From NCBI GenBank assembly GCA_964106645.2, contig OZ067049.1: DNA of 64,000 nt. One strand, 5' to 3'. The DNA is from Podarcis pityusensis (lineage: Eukaryota). Shown here one piece after another: positions 15,201-25,213 of the stretch. The notes under the pieces were generated by a model. It did not search any database and was not told the origin of the DNA. It saw nothing but the letters and a program-made list of their open reading frames with translations. Numbering within the stretch: the first letter of the stretch is position 1; every line of letters begins with the position of its first letter. The translations under genes and the position numbers were made by a program.

Positions 15201-18200
15201 TCTAGATTCCATGGAAATACATGAATGGCGTTGCATTTCTGAAATGTACATGTTGCCAATGTATTTTGCACACTGGGGGGCTGAATCTGGCATACTCTGA
15301 AAACAGAATCCATGTGAATCAAGTTTAGCAGCCCATCTTTGGCAGCATTCAGTTCACCTGTGTCACGAGAAGCCTCCTGTTCTTTGTCAGAGGAGAAAAT
15401 GTTCCCAATTAAATTCCATATGTTTGGCAGGACACTTGCAGTTAATGACGCCTTTGCATCTGGCTTAGGCTCTTGGACTCCCGTATTTAAATTAGTTTCT
15501 TTGGCACATGATTCCTTAGTTGTTGCTCTTGGATCCAACATGGTTTTAGGAACATTGTCCTGTAAGATGTCACTTTTTGTGGAAGGCAGCATGGTGGAAC
15601 TTCCTTCATACTGACGTACTTTGGGGCGTATGAAAAGCTCTGTACGAGCTTCCAGTCTCCCGTAAACAGCAGCAGGTTTTAGAGTAACTGGAATTAAAGA
15701 GGGGCAAGTTAATACATATGCCACCTTACAATTATTCCTGCAAAGTTGTAGGAAGACTTGCATGAACACTTACCAATCTGGATATAAATACAAGTGTGTT
15801 GTTCTACCCACACTGGGAAGACAGCTTTGGGAAACACTATTCGAATTTGGTCAAGAAGATGGCTTTCAAGTGAGAAAGCATGCAGCTCCTACAATACATT
15901 GCAGAATGTTAGAAAACATTTCATATTAGAACTCATTTGTGTTTCATAATGAAATTTGTATACTAAACTGGATCTGAACCAAGGAAAACAACAAGAGGAA
16001 ACACTCAGAAAAAAACAGTAGAAGGTGGGGGGAGTGGGAGAGGACAGGAATGAAGAACACCACCCTGTTTAAAAGCATTAAGAGAGCTAAATAATTTAAA
16101 TTTCTGTATTACCAGAATCTCCCAATCATCGGCTGAGAGGGGTTCCACTTCTACTTGCTGACAGGACAAGACTTGAGAACAGGGCTCGAGGAAGATCTGC
16201 CAGACAATAAACCTTTTTGAAAAAATACTCTCAATATATTTACATAAACAATGCAGTGGAGATGAAGTGAGTCATGGAGTTGCTGACAATGGGGGTGAAC
16301 CACAAGCACTTGAATGTAACCAAATTGCATTATAAGTTTTTCACCATTTATTGTTCAGCAGTGTTGCTTGCTCCCCTTGGAAAATCAACAAACTATTTCC
16401 CAGCCTTCCTTTAAAAAGCAGTTTGTGACTTGGTTCAGGACATTGTCAAATGCTAAAAGGTTGGATAGAAGACACTTTTACATGTTCACGTTCATGCATC
16501 AATCAACTCACTAAATATGAACAAATCACCCTTATACAGAACAGCTGTAATTCATGCATGGAAGCAGCTCTCAACATCATTATATATTTCTTGATTAGGT
16601 CCTGTAGAAATAAGTGCATGCTGTGCCAGGCAAGGTAAGGGGAATCTCAGCTTTTAGAACCAGGGGTTGTGTACATAAGCTTTCAAACAAGTACTTTCAG
16701 TTCTGATAAACTTTTGGGGAGAGGGAAGGCTGATTCCAGTCACTGCTGTTTCCCATCACAGATCGTAGTTTTGCCACAGATCGTGGCAAAACTAACAGTA
16801 CTCTCCATCTGTCATTGAGATCTTTGCACACAGCTGCCTTTGCACAGCTGAATACAAATAACCTGAAACTGGGGCCTGCATATTTTGCAGATACAAGGAA
16901 ACAAAAATGTACAAATGAATAGAAGCCATAGAAAAAGACTCATTTCCAAAGTTACTTGCTCTATATTTTTGTCCCATTTTCAATGTTACCCTAAATGTTA
17001 AACACCAGCTCCTGCAATTCAGGTTTGCTGAACCCTTATTTACTAAAAAGAATTTTGACATTACTCAGTAGACAGATGGAGACCAATGATTATGAAATAT
17101 ATTTGCCTAGTTTAATATTCTAGTCCAGGCAAGAAAATAAAAGTCAACATTCCAAACCTGTTGCCCATCTTTGATGCCAAGTTTCTCTGCAAGTTGTCTG
17201 TTCATTTCTACAAAATTTCCAGCATGCTGACCACAATGTCTGATTTCTGTCCAGCCCAAGAAAACAGGCTGATTGCCCCAAGAAGCTTTCACAGCTTGAT
17301 CCTGTTAATGCCACAGAAAACAGATAGATGTCAAATAGCATAGCAGCCTGTAGTACCCATAATTCTTTTTCCAGTTATCTATTATGTGAGTGTGCAAATA
17401 GCATCAAGAATTATTCAGCAAAGGGGAAGTTTATGTAACACATTTCTGTACAGAATTCTTATCTACAGGATACTGTATTAATCTTGTAGAAAACATACAT
17501 TATTTGGAACACTAATGTGATTAGTGTGTCTTTCACGTTCGAGCAAATAAGTAAATGCAAGAGCTGTTCGACAGTGGAACAGACTTCCATGACAGCTGGC
17601 GGACTCTCCTTCCTTGGAGATTTTTAAGAGGTTGTATGGCTATCTGTCATGTATGATTTAGTTGAGATTCCTGCATTGCAGGGGGTTGGACTAGATGACC
17701 CTCAGGGTACCTTCCACCTGTGCAATTCTATGATAAAAAATTGATTTTTGGGGAATGCTAATGAAATTAGTGCAGTCCTGTGTTTGATTGGATGCATGTG
17801 CAGAGCTTTTCTATGAATGGGCTCCCTCATCTACTTCAATTGAGAAAATGACCCATGTCTCCAAAGAGATGTCTACAGTCAGATACCTCTACTGAAACAA
17901 ATGGAAGAATTGCTGTGCTTGGTGGAGTTCCACAAACTCTGAAGCCTTTGTACCCAAACTGCTGAACCAGGCCAACAGTCTTGCCGTTTGTACACAATTT
18001 GGTCATACTCATCCTGTAGAAATTCCAAATGCTTTTCAGCCCTTATTTCATACGAACATGTACATTTTATACAAGGATTCACAACACGAATATAGTGCAA
18101 TGGCAAAACAACTAACAATGCTGCAGCAGCTTAACAGGCAGGTGTTAATGACAAGAGAACATTGTGAAACTGTGCCTTCATCTACAAAGATGTATGTACA

Positions 18201-19477
18201 GTTCAATTCAGGGGTGGGGAACATGAGACTCTGCCTAATTTTATGCAAGCGGGAGGTGACTGGAGGAAAGAAGTGTGGATGGAGTGGCAGGAAGAGAGGG
18301 AGATAAAATGGACAGAGTGATGGAGTGGGGGAACCCTCTGCAAGTAAACAGTTCAGACCTCTGGCAAGGGTAATATATATTGGGAAGAAAGATGCTACAG
18401 AGGCCACTAACAGGCAACAGTGAAGCCTAACAAGCCATGAATCAAGGGTGTACCACTAAAAGTGCATTTGTTACTTATATATTTTTTGGCTACTATTGAT
18501 TTTAATAACCTTTTAAACTGTTTTTATTGAGAACATTTGTTTAGACACAGAAAGCATATTTTTGTTCCTTTATGAAGCAAGCAGAGAAATTCAATAAATT
18601 GAGTTTTTAATTAATTTCAATGTCAGTAGTCCATTTCAAGAATATCTGCAAGATGGAATGGAAAAATCACTTCACATAATTCTTCTTTGCACTAAAGTTA
18701 AGAGTTTGTTCCACTAGTGTTACCAGGACCCTTACAGAAGAGCATCTCCTAATTTGATGCAGTAGCTGCGGTACCCTATACAGTATAAGGTAAAGCGGGG
18801 AGAGGATTCAACTCTCGTGCGCATGTCTGTGAAAGAGAGCAACAGTGTCAGATATGGGACACCTGTTCCTTCACGAACTGTGGGAAGCTAAAGGATGGCA
18901 GGTTCTCTCACGCCTAAAAGCTGCAGTGGCGACATAATGAGCGTGACATAACAAGAACCTTTAATTTTGTATCCTTCTACCTTCTGCCCTGCGAATAAAG
19001 TCTCTCACGGGCCCCATTGTATCCTGAACCCATTCACCTGAGAACCACACCCCATAGCGCCAAGATGCTGGAGGGCAAACAGGATTCCCCCGAGCCCCCC
19101 ATTCCCCACTGCTGCCATAGCAACGGGACGTCAGGACGCTGGCAAGGCTGACGAGAAAGAAAGGGGGCGACTGAACGTCGCCAGAAGACGACGAGGAGAG
19201 CAAACGTGTGAACGAGACGGCTGCCCACGTTACCATAGCGACATGACATTGGGGGGGGAAGGCTGGCTGAGGAGATAGAAAAGGCCCTCAGAAAAACGAG
19301 CCAGGGCGAATTCCCATGATCCTCTCTGCCCGGATAAAGCCGCCCTCCCCCGCGTTCCTGTACCTGCTGCAGACGGAGGCTGGAAGCCAGCCCAGGCGGC
19401 AGGTGCAGGAAGCAGTCCCGGGCGCCGCTCAAGGAGACGCTCGCCGTGGCTGCCCCGGGGCCTCCCACCCCCCACAT
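108..19477 (-). CDS. PEX1: Peroxisomal AAA+ ATPase PEX1, coding exons 1-23 (3752 nt; final exon lies left of the window)
   Basis: 23 GT-AG exons join in frame. N-terminus [18 protein letters not shown]; D1 Walker A GAKGSGKTT and Walker B LLDDLD; D2 GAPGTGKT and [37 protein letters not shown]; [17 protein letters not shown]. Confidence 0.98.
901..1098 (-). CDS. PEX1: PEX1 exon 22 (198 nt)
   Basis: [45 protein letters not shown]; ag/gtatgg boundaries. Confidence 0.93.
1587..1817 (-). CDS. PEX1: PEX1 exon 21 (231 nt)
   Basis: [45 protein letters not shown]; donor gtagct. Confidence 0.93.
2003..2320 (+). mobile_element. L2-clade LINE 3' fragment
   Basis: Decayed SVVAPxLWNAL..TFFFSQ motif followed by a T-rich tail; similar relics at ~2490-2880, 5600-5745, 14200-14325. 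Confidence 0.6.
2954..3130 (-). CDS. PEX1: PEX1 exon 20 (177 nt)
   Basis: [30 protein letters not shown]; donor gtaagt. Confidence 0.95.
3728..3831 (-). CDS. PEX1: PEX1 exon 19 (104 nt)
   Basis: [34 protein letters not shown] (second region of homology). Confidence 0.96.
3913..4055 (-). CDS. PEX1: PEX1 exon 18 (143 nt)
   Basis: [47 protein letters not shown]. Confidence 0.96.
4265..4329 (-). CDS. PEX1: PEX1 exon 17 (65 nt)
   Basis: [21 protein letters not shown] (pore loop). Confidence 0.96.
4982..5116 (-). CDS. PEX1: PEX1 exon 16 (135 nt)
   Basis: [45 protein letters not shown]. Confidence 0.96.
6050..6389 (-). mobile_element. Sauria SINE (slightly 5'-truncated)
   Basis: (ACCTTT)n tail, B-box-like GTTCGAATCC, body near-identical to the copy at 21339. 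Confidence 0.9.
7369..7535 (-). CDS. PEX1: PEX1 exon 15 (167 nt)
   Basis: [49 protein letters not shown]. Confidence 0.95.
7643..7832 (-). CDS. PEX1: PEX1 exon 14 (190 nt)
   Basis: [30 protein letters not shown]. Confidence 0.95.
8075..8229 (-). CDS. PEX1: PEX1 exon 13 (155 nt)
   Basis: [38 protein letters not shown]. Confidence 0.94.
9072..9242 (-). CDS. PEX1: PEX1 exon 12 (171 nt)
   Basis: [46 protein letters not shown]. Confidence 0.95.
10183..10279 (-). CDS. PEX1: PEX1 exon 11 (97 nt)
   Basis: [32 protein letters not shown]. Confidence 0.95.
10700..10832 (-). CDS. PEX1: PEX1 exon 10 (133 nt)
   Basis: [35 protein letters not shown]. Confidence 0.94.
11219..11470 (-). mobile_element. 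tRNA-derived CORE SINE (Squam3-like) with 12-bp TSD
   Basis: A-box TGGTGTAGTGG, CORE-like GGGTGACCTTGGGCCAGTCAC, (TTC)n tail; TSD ATGTGATTAGAA at 11207-11218 and 11471-11482. Confidence 0.88.
11650..11744 (-). CDS. PEX1: PEX1 exon 9 (95 nt)
   Basis: gtgtag|[32 protein letters not shown]|gtgaga; phase 0 to 2 bridges exons 8 and 10. Confidence 0.88.
12043..12179. mobile_element. Palindromic MITE, same family, degraded
   Basis: CAGCCTTCCCCAACC..ACTACAACTCCCAGCA..CAAAACATCTGG. Confidence 0.65.
12554..12654 (-). CDS. PEX1: PEX1 exon 8 (101 nt)
   Basis: [33 protein letters not shown]; donor gtaaat. Confidence 0.9.
13026..13143 (-). CDS. PEX1: PEX1 exon 7 (118 nt)
   Basis: [31 protein letters not shown]; donor gtaagc. 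Confidence 0.9.
13431..13683. mobile_element. hAT non-autonomous transposon with perfect 8-bp TSD
   Basis: Ends CAGGGGTT..AACCCCTG; TSD GTCTAAAT at 13423-13430 and 13684-13691. Confidence 0.9.
13853..13972 (-). CDS. PEX1: PEX1 exon 6 (120 nt)
   Basis: [40 protein letters not shown]; donor gtgagt. Confidence 0.92.
14416..14785 (-). mobile_element. Sauria SINE, full length, different subfamily
   Basis: 5' GGGACGCGGGTGGCGCTGTG, B-box GGTTCGAATCC, (ACCTTT)n tail, CpGs retained. Confidence 0.92.
14924..15687 (-). CDS. PEX1: PEX1 exon 5 (764 nt)
   Basis: Inside ORF 14807-15769: [36 protein letters not shown]; donor gttagt. Confidence 0.94.
15774..15888 (-). CDS. PEX1: PEX1 exon 4 (115 nt)
   Basis: [38 protein letters not shown]. 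Confidence 0.95.
16113..16196 (-). CDS. PEX1: PEX1 exon 3 (84 nt)
   Basis: [28 protein letters not shown]. Confidence 0.95.
17158..17301 (-). CDS. PEX1: PEX1 exon 2 (144 nt)
   Basis: [35 protein letters not shown]. Confidence 0.94.
17561..17734 (+). mobile_element. CR1 LINE 3' end
   Basis: CAGTGGAACAGACT..TTCCTGCATTGCAGGGGGTTGGACTAGATGACCCT..ATTCTATGAT. Confidence 0.8.
19111..19242. promoter_or_regulatory. Two RFX X-box motifs in PEX1 intron 1
   Basis: GCTGCCATAGCAAC (19111-19124) and GTTACCATAGCGAC (19229-19242) fit GTNRCCATRGYAAC. Confidence 0.55.
19364..19477 (-). CDS. PEX1: PEX1 coding exon 1 (114 nt)
   Basis: Kozak gcctgccATG; [38 protein letters not shown]|gtacag. Confidence 0.93.
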
Positions 19478-19825
19478 GGCAGGCGCCGGCCCTGCGACCG
19501 CGCAGAGCCCAGTGCGGCTCGCGCTAAGGGCCGCAGGACATGTACTTGCTGCTGCTGCCGCTGCTGCTGTTCCTTCCTGCTTCTCGAGCGGCCCACCCTC
19601 TTTGCCCGCTCGCTGTGATTGGCTGAAGCGGTTCGGCCCCTTGTTTTGTTTCCTGGCTCGGTTCAACTTTCACCCCCTTACCTCAGCCTTCCAATGAGAG
19701 CGCGTTACCTGATTTAGCTCTACCGGATTGGTTGTTTTTGTGGGAGGGGGGCGGGGAGACGGCGGGAGGAAGACGAGTGGCGTTTGGAATGTGCGACAGG
19801 AGCGGGCGAGGCGGGTGACGGGAAG
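19478..19825. promoter_or_regulatory. Bidirectional CpG-island promoter and 5'UTRs of PEX1 and RBM48
   Basis: 348 bp between divergent ATGs. CCAAT boxes at 19618-19622, 19691-19695 and 19727-19731; GC box near 19747-19756; YY1-type AAGATGGCGG at 19823-19832; CpG-rich ~18950-20050. Confidence 0.85.
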
Positions 19826-19951
19826 ATGGCGGCGGCCGGTAACCAGAGCGGCGGAGGCGAAGTCGGCGGCGTCTATCAGCACCACGCGCAGCAATCGATC
19901 TGTGCCTCGCGCGCCAAATATCGCGAGGGGCGCAGGCCACGCGCGGTGAAG
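19826..19951 (+). CDS. RBM48: RBM48 exon 1
   Basis: aagATGGCG; MAAAGNQ..YQHHAQQSICASRAKYREGRRPRAVK|gtaaag. Confidence 0.94.
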
Positions 19952-22900
19952 GTAAAGCGGGGGCGGGGAGGACTCGGGCCCGCCTGCCTGCGTGTGTTTG
20001 CGCATCTCCCTTCCCCTTGTCTTCTGGCATCTTCCTCTGGAAGGCGGTATGCTAACACAAGTGACCGACAAAAATCAGTTGGAAACAGTGGGAGATCTCT
20101 AAGCGGCTGCAGGCAATCTAGGGGGGCGCATTGGGTGCTAGTTGACATGACTGGACTTTGTTGAAATAAACGCAAGCCCCATAACTACACCGCAAATAAA
20201 GCAAGGGATGGATCCTGAGAAAGTCAACGAACCACGTTGACAGGAGGAAATGGCCCGCCGAATGAGACCGAATTCCCTTCAGCATCTTGTTGAAAGCAGT
20301 AATGCTTCTGAATACCAGTTGCTGGAAGCCACAGGAGGGGACGAGTGCTCTTTGTGATCGAATCCTGCGTGTGGGTTTCTCACAGGCATCTGGTTGGTCA
20401 ACTGAACAGGATGCTGGACCAGATGGGCCGCTGGCCAGATCCAGCAGGCTCTTGTTATTTTCGTATGTTTCTTCTAATGTCCAGCCGAATGCTCATGAGA
20501 GCCGCGAGAAAGGCATGCAGCTTTTCCTCCTCCAGTGACTGCTGTTTATTGATATACAGTCAAATGAATCAATTTATTTTGGTCACTGACCAGAGTGCTT
20601 ATTGATATACAGTGCTGCCTCTTGAGTGTGGAGGCTCCAATTAGTTCTCATGGCTAAATGAAGAAGACACCCATACAGTTGTTTTCTGTGAAATTGTCTA
20701 ATCTCCTTTTCAAGGGAACTAGGGGGTAATTCCAGCTCCCTTATAGATTATGCTGGTGATTGGCCACCTTCTGTAGTAGCCCCTACTTTGGAATTCTTAG
20801 TGTATAGCAAATAGTTTGCTTTATGAAAATACTTCTTTGCCAGAAGAGCGATTTGTTACTTGCAGTTTGGCTGTCTTTCTTAGAAGCAATTGTGTACTGT
20901 TAGGATTATTTTCTTCAATTGTCAAATATAAATTCAAGTATAGGTGATGCTGTTTCTCCCTACATAGATCATTCTATATCCGTATATGATGAATAAACTG
21001 TAGCAAATGCAGTTCTCCAAACTGAGGGATTGGCATGTATTTGTTGAGATGTTTTATTGTACTTTTATGCTGAGGTTGGATGTAAGCTCACTTCAGTGTC
21101 ACATTTTCCTAGTATTCTAGGAACTCTCAACTGTAAGACGTTACTAAATTATCCTAATTATGCATTATTGCTTAAGAAAATAAGTATCATCTTGGATCAG
21201 AAAAAGGTACAGCATTCTTTCAAAGAATCTCTGCACCAGATATCCATTGATATTCCCCCACTATAACTTGTTTCGGTGTTGCAAAAAATGCCACACACAT
21301 GCACAAAAGTTAGAAGAACCTAAGTGCCCTACTGGATTAAAGGTAAAGGACCCCTGACAGTTAAGTCCAGTCACGAACAACTCTGGGGTTGCGGCGCTCA
21401 TCTCGCTTTACTGGTCGAGGGAGCTGACGTTTGTCCACAGACAGTTTATCCGGGTCATGTGGCCAGCATGACTAAGCCACTTCTGGTGAAACCAGAGCAG
21501 CATACGGAAACGCCATTTACCTTCCCGCCAGAGCAGTACCTATTTATCTACTTGCACTTTGATGTGCTTTTGAACTGCTAGGTTGGCAGGAGCTTGGACT
21601 GAGCAATGGGAGCTCACCCTGTTGCGGGGATTCGAACCGCCGACCTTCCGATCGGCAAGCCCTATGCTCAGTCGTTTAGACCACAGCGTCACCCGCAGTT
21701 CAGCATCCTGGCTGCTCCCCACAGTTGCCAACCAATTATGCCTATGGGAAGTCCAAAAGCAGCATATATGATCTATAAGGTGACATATAACCATCATGAC
21801 CTTTGTAATTCTGTAGTTGGTGAAATATTTTCAATTTCTGGATGCACAAGGGCCATCCTAAGGGTACTTACCAAGTAATTAGTTTATTAAAATACCTATT
21901 TATTTACATCATTTGTATGCTGACCGATAACTAACATTTGCTCAAATATTATATAACCAATTTAGCTAAAAATTTAGGCTTGTTCTTAGCATCTTGGCCA
22001 CAGTTGGCAACCATTATTAAATGATCACGCTCTGCTTCTCCTGTATAGTGCTCATACTAACTGAATTGCTTTACATTAGAGCTGTCTATGGACGATTGAG
22101 TTCAGAATAGTATAACACTTAAAAAGCATATTTTAACAAGCAAGTACTTGAGATTGTAACTGAGACAAAAAGTATTAATGTGGCTATGGTTTTTCAGGTT
22201 TACACTATCAACTTAGAATCTCGATATTTGTTAATACAAGGTGTGCCTGCCCTGGGTGTTATGAAGGAATTAGTTGAGCAGTTTGCATTGTATGGAACCA
22301 TTGAAGAATATAACCCACTAGATGACTATCCAGCAGAAGAGTTTACAGAGGTTTACCTGATCAAGTTCCAAAAAATACAGAGTGCAAGGTATTTGTAATT
22401 TTTCAAAAATAGCCCATCTTCCTTTCCCCCATGACCCATAGTAACTCAGTGTTGAATTTTTTGTTAAGTAATATTTGTGTGTAAGTTAAATGGATTTTTG
22501 TGATGCCATAACTGAACTTTGTTTTAGGATCAAACAGATTTTAAAATGTTTGCTGCTGTAACTGGATAGTGTTTAATGTCTGACTTAACTTTCATCTTTG
22601 TTAGGATAGCCAAAAGAAAACTGGATGAACGGAGTTTCTTTGGTAGTTTGCTGCATGTGTGCTATGCTCCAGAATTTGAGACTATACAGGAGACTAGAGA
22701 GAAACTACAAGACAGGAGGAAGTATATAGCAAAAGCAACTAGTAGCAAAGGTTTGTGTCTGTATACTTCTCTAAAATTAAATGTCTTGGGTTTGTATGCT
22801 TAGTTAAATTTGAATTCATTCTGTATTACTCCACATCCACCACAGTATGCTATGCTACAAGGAAAGAGTAGAGGCAAACAACATAACCAGTGCCAGAGAT

Positions 22901-25147
22901 ATATGCAGGATGCAGTTTGAATAATAGTTTATTAAAAATCCTATGCCTTTAACGGATGTATAAAGCTGTAAGACTACAAGCATACTAGCCACCAGTCTGA
23001 CAGAACTATTGCTCAATTGTCATATATAAAATATAAAGGAAACCCTATCCACTGGCTACTTAGTCTAGTAGAAAAATGTTTTGACTCTCTTGTACTTAGC
23101 CATTATTATGATTTAATTTATATCCTACTCTTCCTCCTAAAGAGTGTAGGGTGGCAAGCACCAACTTTATAAAACAAACCTGGCTCTTTCATTGTGATTT
23201 GTTCCAGGGTAAACTCAGGGCCAAACTAATGTGATATTTAACATACCTTTGCATTTAACATGAACTTTTTTGAACTGTAAATTGGTGCCATATGCCTCTT
23301 CCCAAACAAGCAGGATTAGGTCCACAACAGGTGGAAAGTTTAAACAGTTTTTCTCCTTGCAGTGTTTGTGGCAACACCTCTACTTTGGGAGGAACATTTC
23401 CATTTTGCCAATGAATTTTTTTGAGAATTAGCATAGTAGTTAAAACTAGTACAGTGGTACCTCGGGTTAAGTACTTAATTCGTTCCGGAGGTCCGTTCTT
23501 AACCTGAAACTGTTCTTAACCTGAAGCATCACTTTAGCTAATGGAGCCTCCTGCTGCTGCTGGAGCACGATTTCTGTTCTCATCCTGAAGTAAAGTTCTT
23601 AACCGGAGGTATTATTTCTGGGTTAGCGGAGTCTGTAACCTGAAGCATATGTAACCCGAGGTACCACTGTACTTGTCAACTCTAAAATATGAACGTTGAA
23701 TTGTGCCTCCAGTGGCACAGTGGGTCAGTGCATCTGGCTGTGAACCAGAAGGTTGGTGGTTTGAGCCCATCCAGAGTCGCTGTGAGCAGGATTTCGGCAT
23801 TGCAGAGGGTTTGACTAAATGACCCTTGGGAACCCTTCTAACTCCTATGATTCTAATACAAATGCCAGTATTAAAGTCAAATTATTCCATTGTAGCGCAG
23901 TTGTACTCAAAAGTATTTTTGTGTAAAAATATTAGGTAGTCAAAATGTTAACTGCTTGTGTTTTATGTTTAAGATCAACTGCAAGCAAAGAATTCCAATA
24001 CAAGTTTTCAGAAGGCTGTGCAGCTAGATGCTTCTGGATCTTGTACATCTCAGGCAGCCACTAGTAACTGGAATCAATCTGTACATCTTGGTGATCCTCA
24101 GCAATCATCCTACTATGAATTGCCACTGAGAAGCGTAACATCTCCTTTAGGACAGCAATGTCAGAGTATGTTAGCAGCACCTCGGAATGTTAGTGACTGT
24201 GCTGAAGCAACTGAGTGTTCAGGCCAGAGGATAATAATGGCTCAGGGCTTGCAACAAGGAGTTCACAATACATTAACCCACTGCAACCCACAAAGAAAGG
24301 TTCCTTGTACTAATGGACTTGGCAGATTTATGCCTCGAACAACTCAGCTGCAGGAACGAAAGAGGAGACGAGATGAAGACAACAAACTTGCCCTTTTTGG
24401 AAAAGACATTAATAGTGAAGAAATAATTATTGGTCCAAGGTTACCAGAAACACCTAAAATAGACATGGAGGATGAGTCCTTGAACACCTCAGCAAACTTG
24501 ATTCGTAATAAACTAAAGGAGGTATGCTATATTTTCAAAATCTGTGGTCTGTAGTTCTGAAATTGGATAGCAGTTGTTTATTTAAGGTGATAAGCTGCCC
24601 TTCTATGTCTTATGTTGATTTCTTAAGCATAGCTACTTGGGAGAGGAATGAAGGACAAAGGTGCCTCATATTCTTCTTGCATTAGAGAACTTTCATTTAA
24701 ATGTTAATACTGTGCAGCTTAAGGGAAGGTTTGTAAAGTTGACTATTTGTGTTACTAGCTTGCTGGCATTTCTGTTATGGCTGTAGATTGGTCTAAAAAT
24801 TATTAGCAAAAACAATGTTTCTTTGTATCCTAGGGGACCTCCTTTATTTTGGTTCTAAAAATAGTGACACAATTTGTAGGGTGAAATGTAAATCGAGAAA
24901 TAGCTACAAGTCATTAGAAAATTTGCTTATTTGACTCCCTGCTGTACAGCTAGTTCAGTTAACTGTCTGAAAGATCTAGCTAGAGTAACTGCTTAATGAA
25001 TAATTAAAATGTACTAAGTTTAGTTTCCTCTTTCCATATTAGGTTGTGGTTCCTGTTCAGACTCCAGTTCAAACTCCAGATCTGTCTGGTGGAATATCAG
25101 TGAATAGTCAAGCAAAGCCAACATTAAAGCAAAGACGACGAATATAG
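19826..25147 (+). CDS. RBM48: RNA-binding protein 48 (minor-spliceosome RRM protein), 5 exons, 371 aa
   Basis: join 19826-19951, 22198-22388, 22605-22750, 23974-24521, 25043-25147 = 1116 nt; motifs KYREGRRPRAVKVYTINLESRYLLIQGVPA, FFGSLLHVCYAPEFET, RFMPRTTQLQERKRRR. Confidence 0.97.
20275..20467 (+). mobile_element. Squamate retroposon 3' fragment (reverse copy at ~51995-52115)
   Basis: GGATGCTGGACCAGATGGGCC..GATCCAGCAGGCTCTTGTTAT, mirrored at 52001-52052. Confidence 0.6.
21339..21696 (-). mobile_element. Sauria SINE in RBM48 intron 1
   Basis: Same body as the 6050 copy; B-box GGTTCGAATCC. Confidence 0.9.
22198..22388 (+). CDS. RBM48: RBM48 exon 2
   Basis: ttttcag|VYTINLESRYLLIQGVPALGVMKEL..KFQKIQSA. 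Confidence 0.96.
22605..22750 (+). CDS. RBM48: RBM48 exon 3
   Basis: IAKRKLDERSFFGSLLHVCYAPEFETIQETREKLQDRRKYIAK. Confidence 0.96.
23452..23669. mobile_element. Tc1/mariner (pogo/Tigger-like) MITE
   Basis: Perfect TIRs CAGTGGTACCTCGGGTTA; TA TSD on both sides. Confidence 0.9.
23703..23856 (+). mobile_element. tRNA-derived SINE with CR1-like 3' tail
   Basis: AGTGGCACAGTGG A-box and GGTTTGAGCCC B-box-like, then GCATTGCAG..GACTAAATGACCC..TATGATTCT tail resembling 17670-17734. Confidence 0.7.
23974..24521 (+). CDS. RBM48: RBM48 exon 4
   Basis: tttaag|AT CAA..; in frame with ORF 24018; IIGPRLPETPKIDMEDESLNTSANLIRNKLKE|gtatgc. Confidence 0.92.
25043..25147 (+). CDS. RBM48: RBM48 exon 5 (terminal)
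   Basis: attag|VVVPVQTPVQTPDL..KPTLKQRRRI*. Confidence 0.92.
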   Translation, partial: VVVPVQTPVQTPDLSGGISVNSQAKPTLKQRRRI

Positions 25148-25200
25148 TTCTTACTAGAAAGTATAGCTTGATCTGGCAGAATTAAAGTATTTTTGTACAT

Positions 25201-25213
25201 TTTATTTAATAAA
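25201..25213. terminator. Back-to-back poly(A) signals for EFCAB1 (-) and RBM48 (+)
   Basis: TTTATT-T-AATAAA located between the two convergent stop codons (25147 and 25480). Confidence 0.65.

Noticed and set aside
19034-20175. Long overlapping ORFs (100-210 aa) around the PEX1/RBM48 promoter
   Set aside because: A result of stop-codon depletion in GC-rich DNA; only the first-exon portions are coding
6033-21581. Similar short ORFs at 6033, 14377 and 21324 that look like a small gene family
   Set aside because: They are antisense translations of Sauria SINE copies
23703-23775. tRNA-like sequence
   Set aside because: Degenerate B-box, no acceptor stem, and it continues into a CR1-like tail, so it is a SINE head
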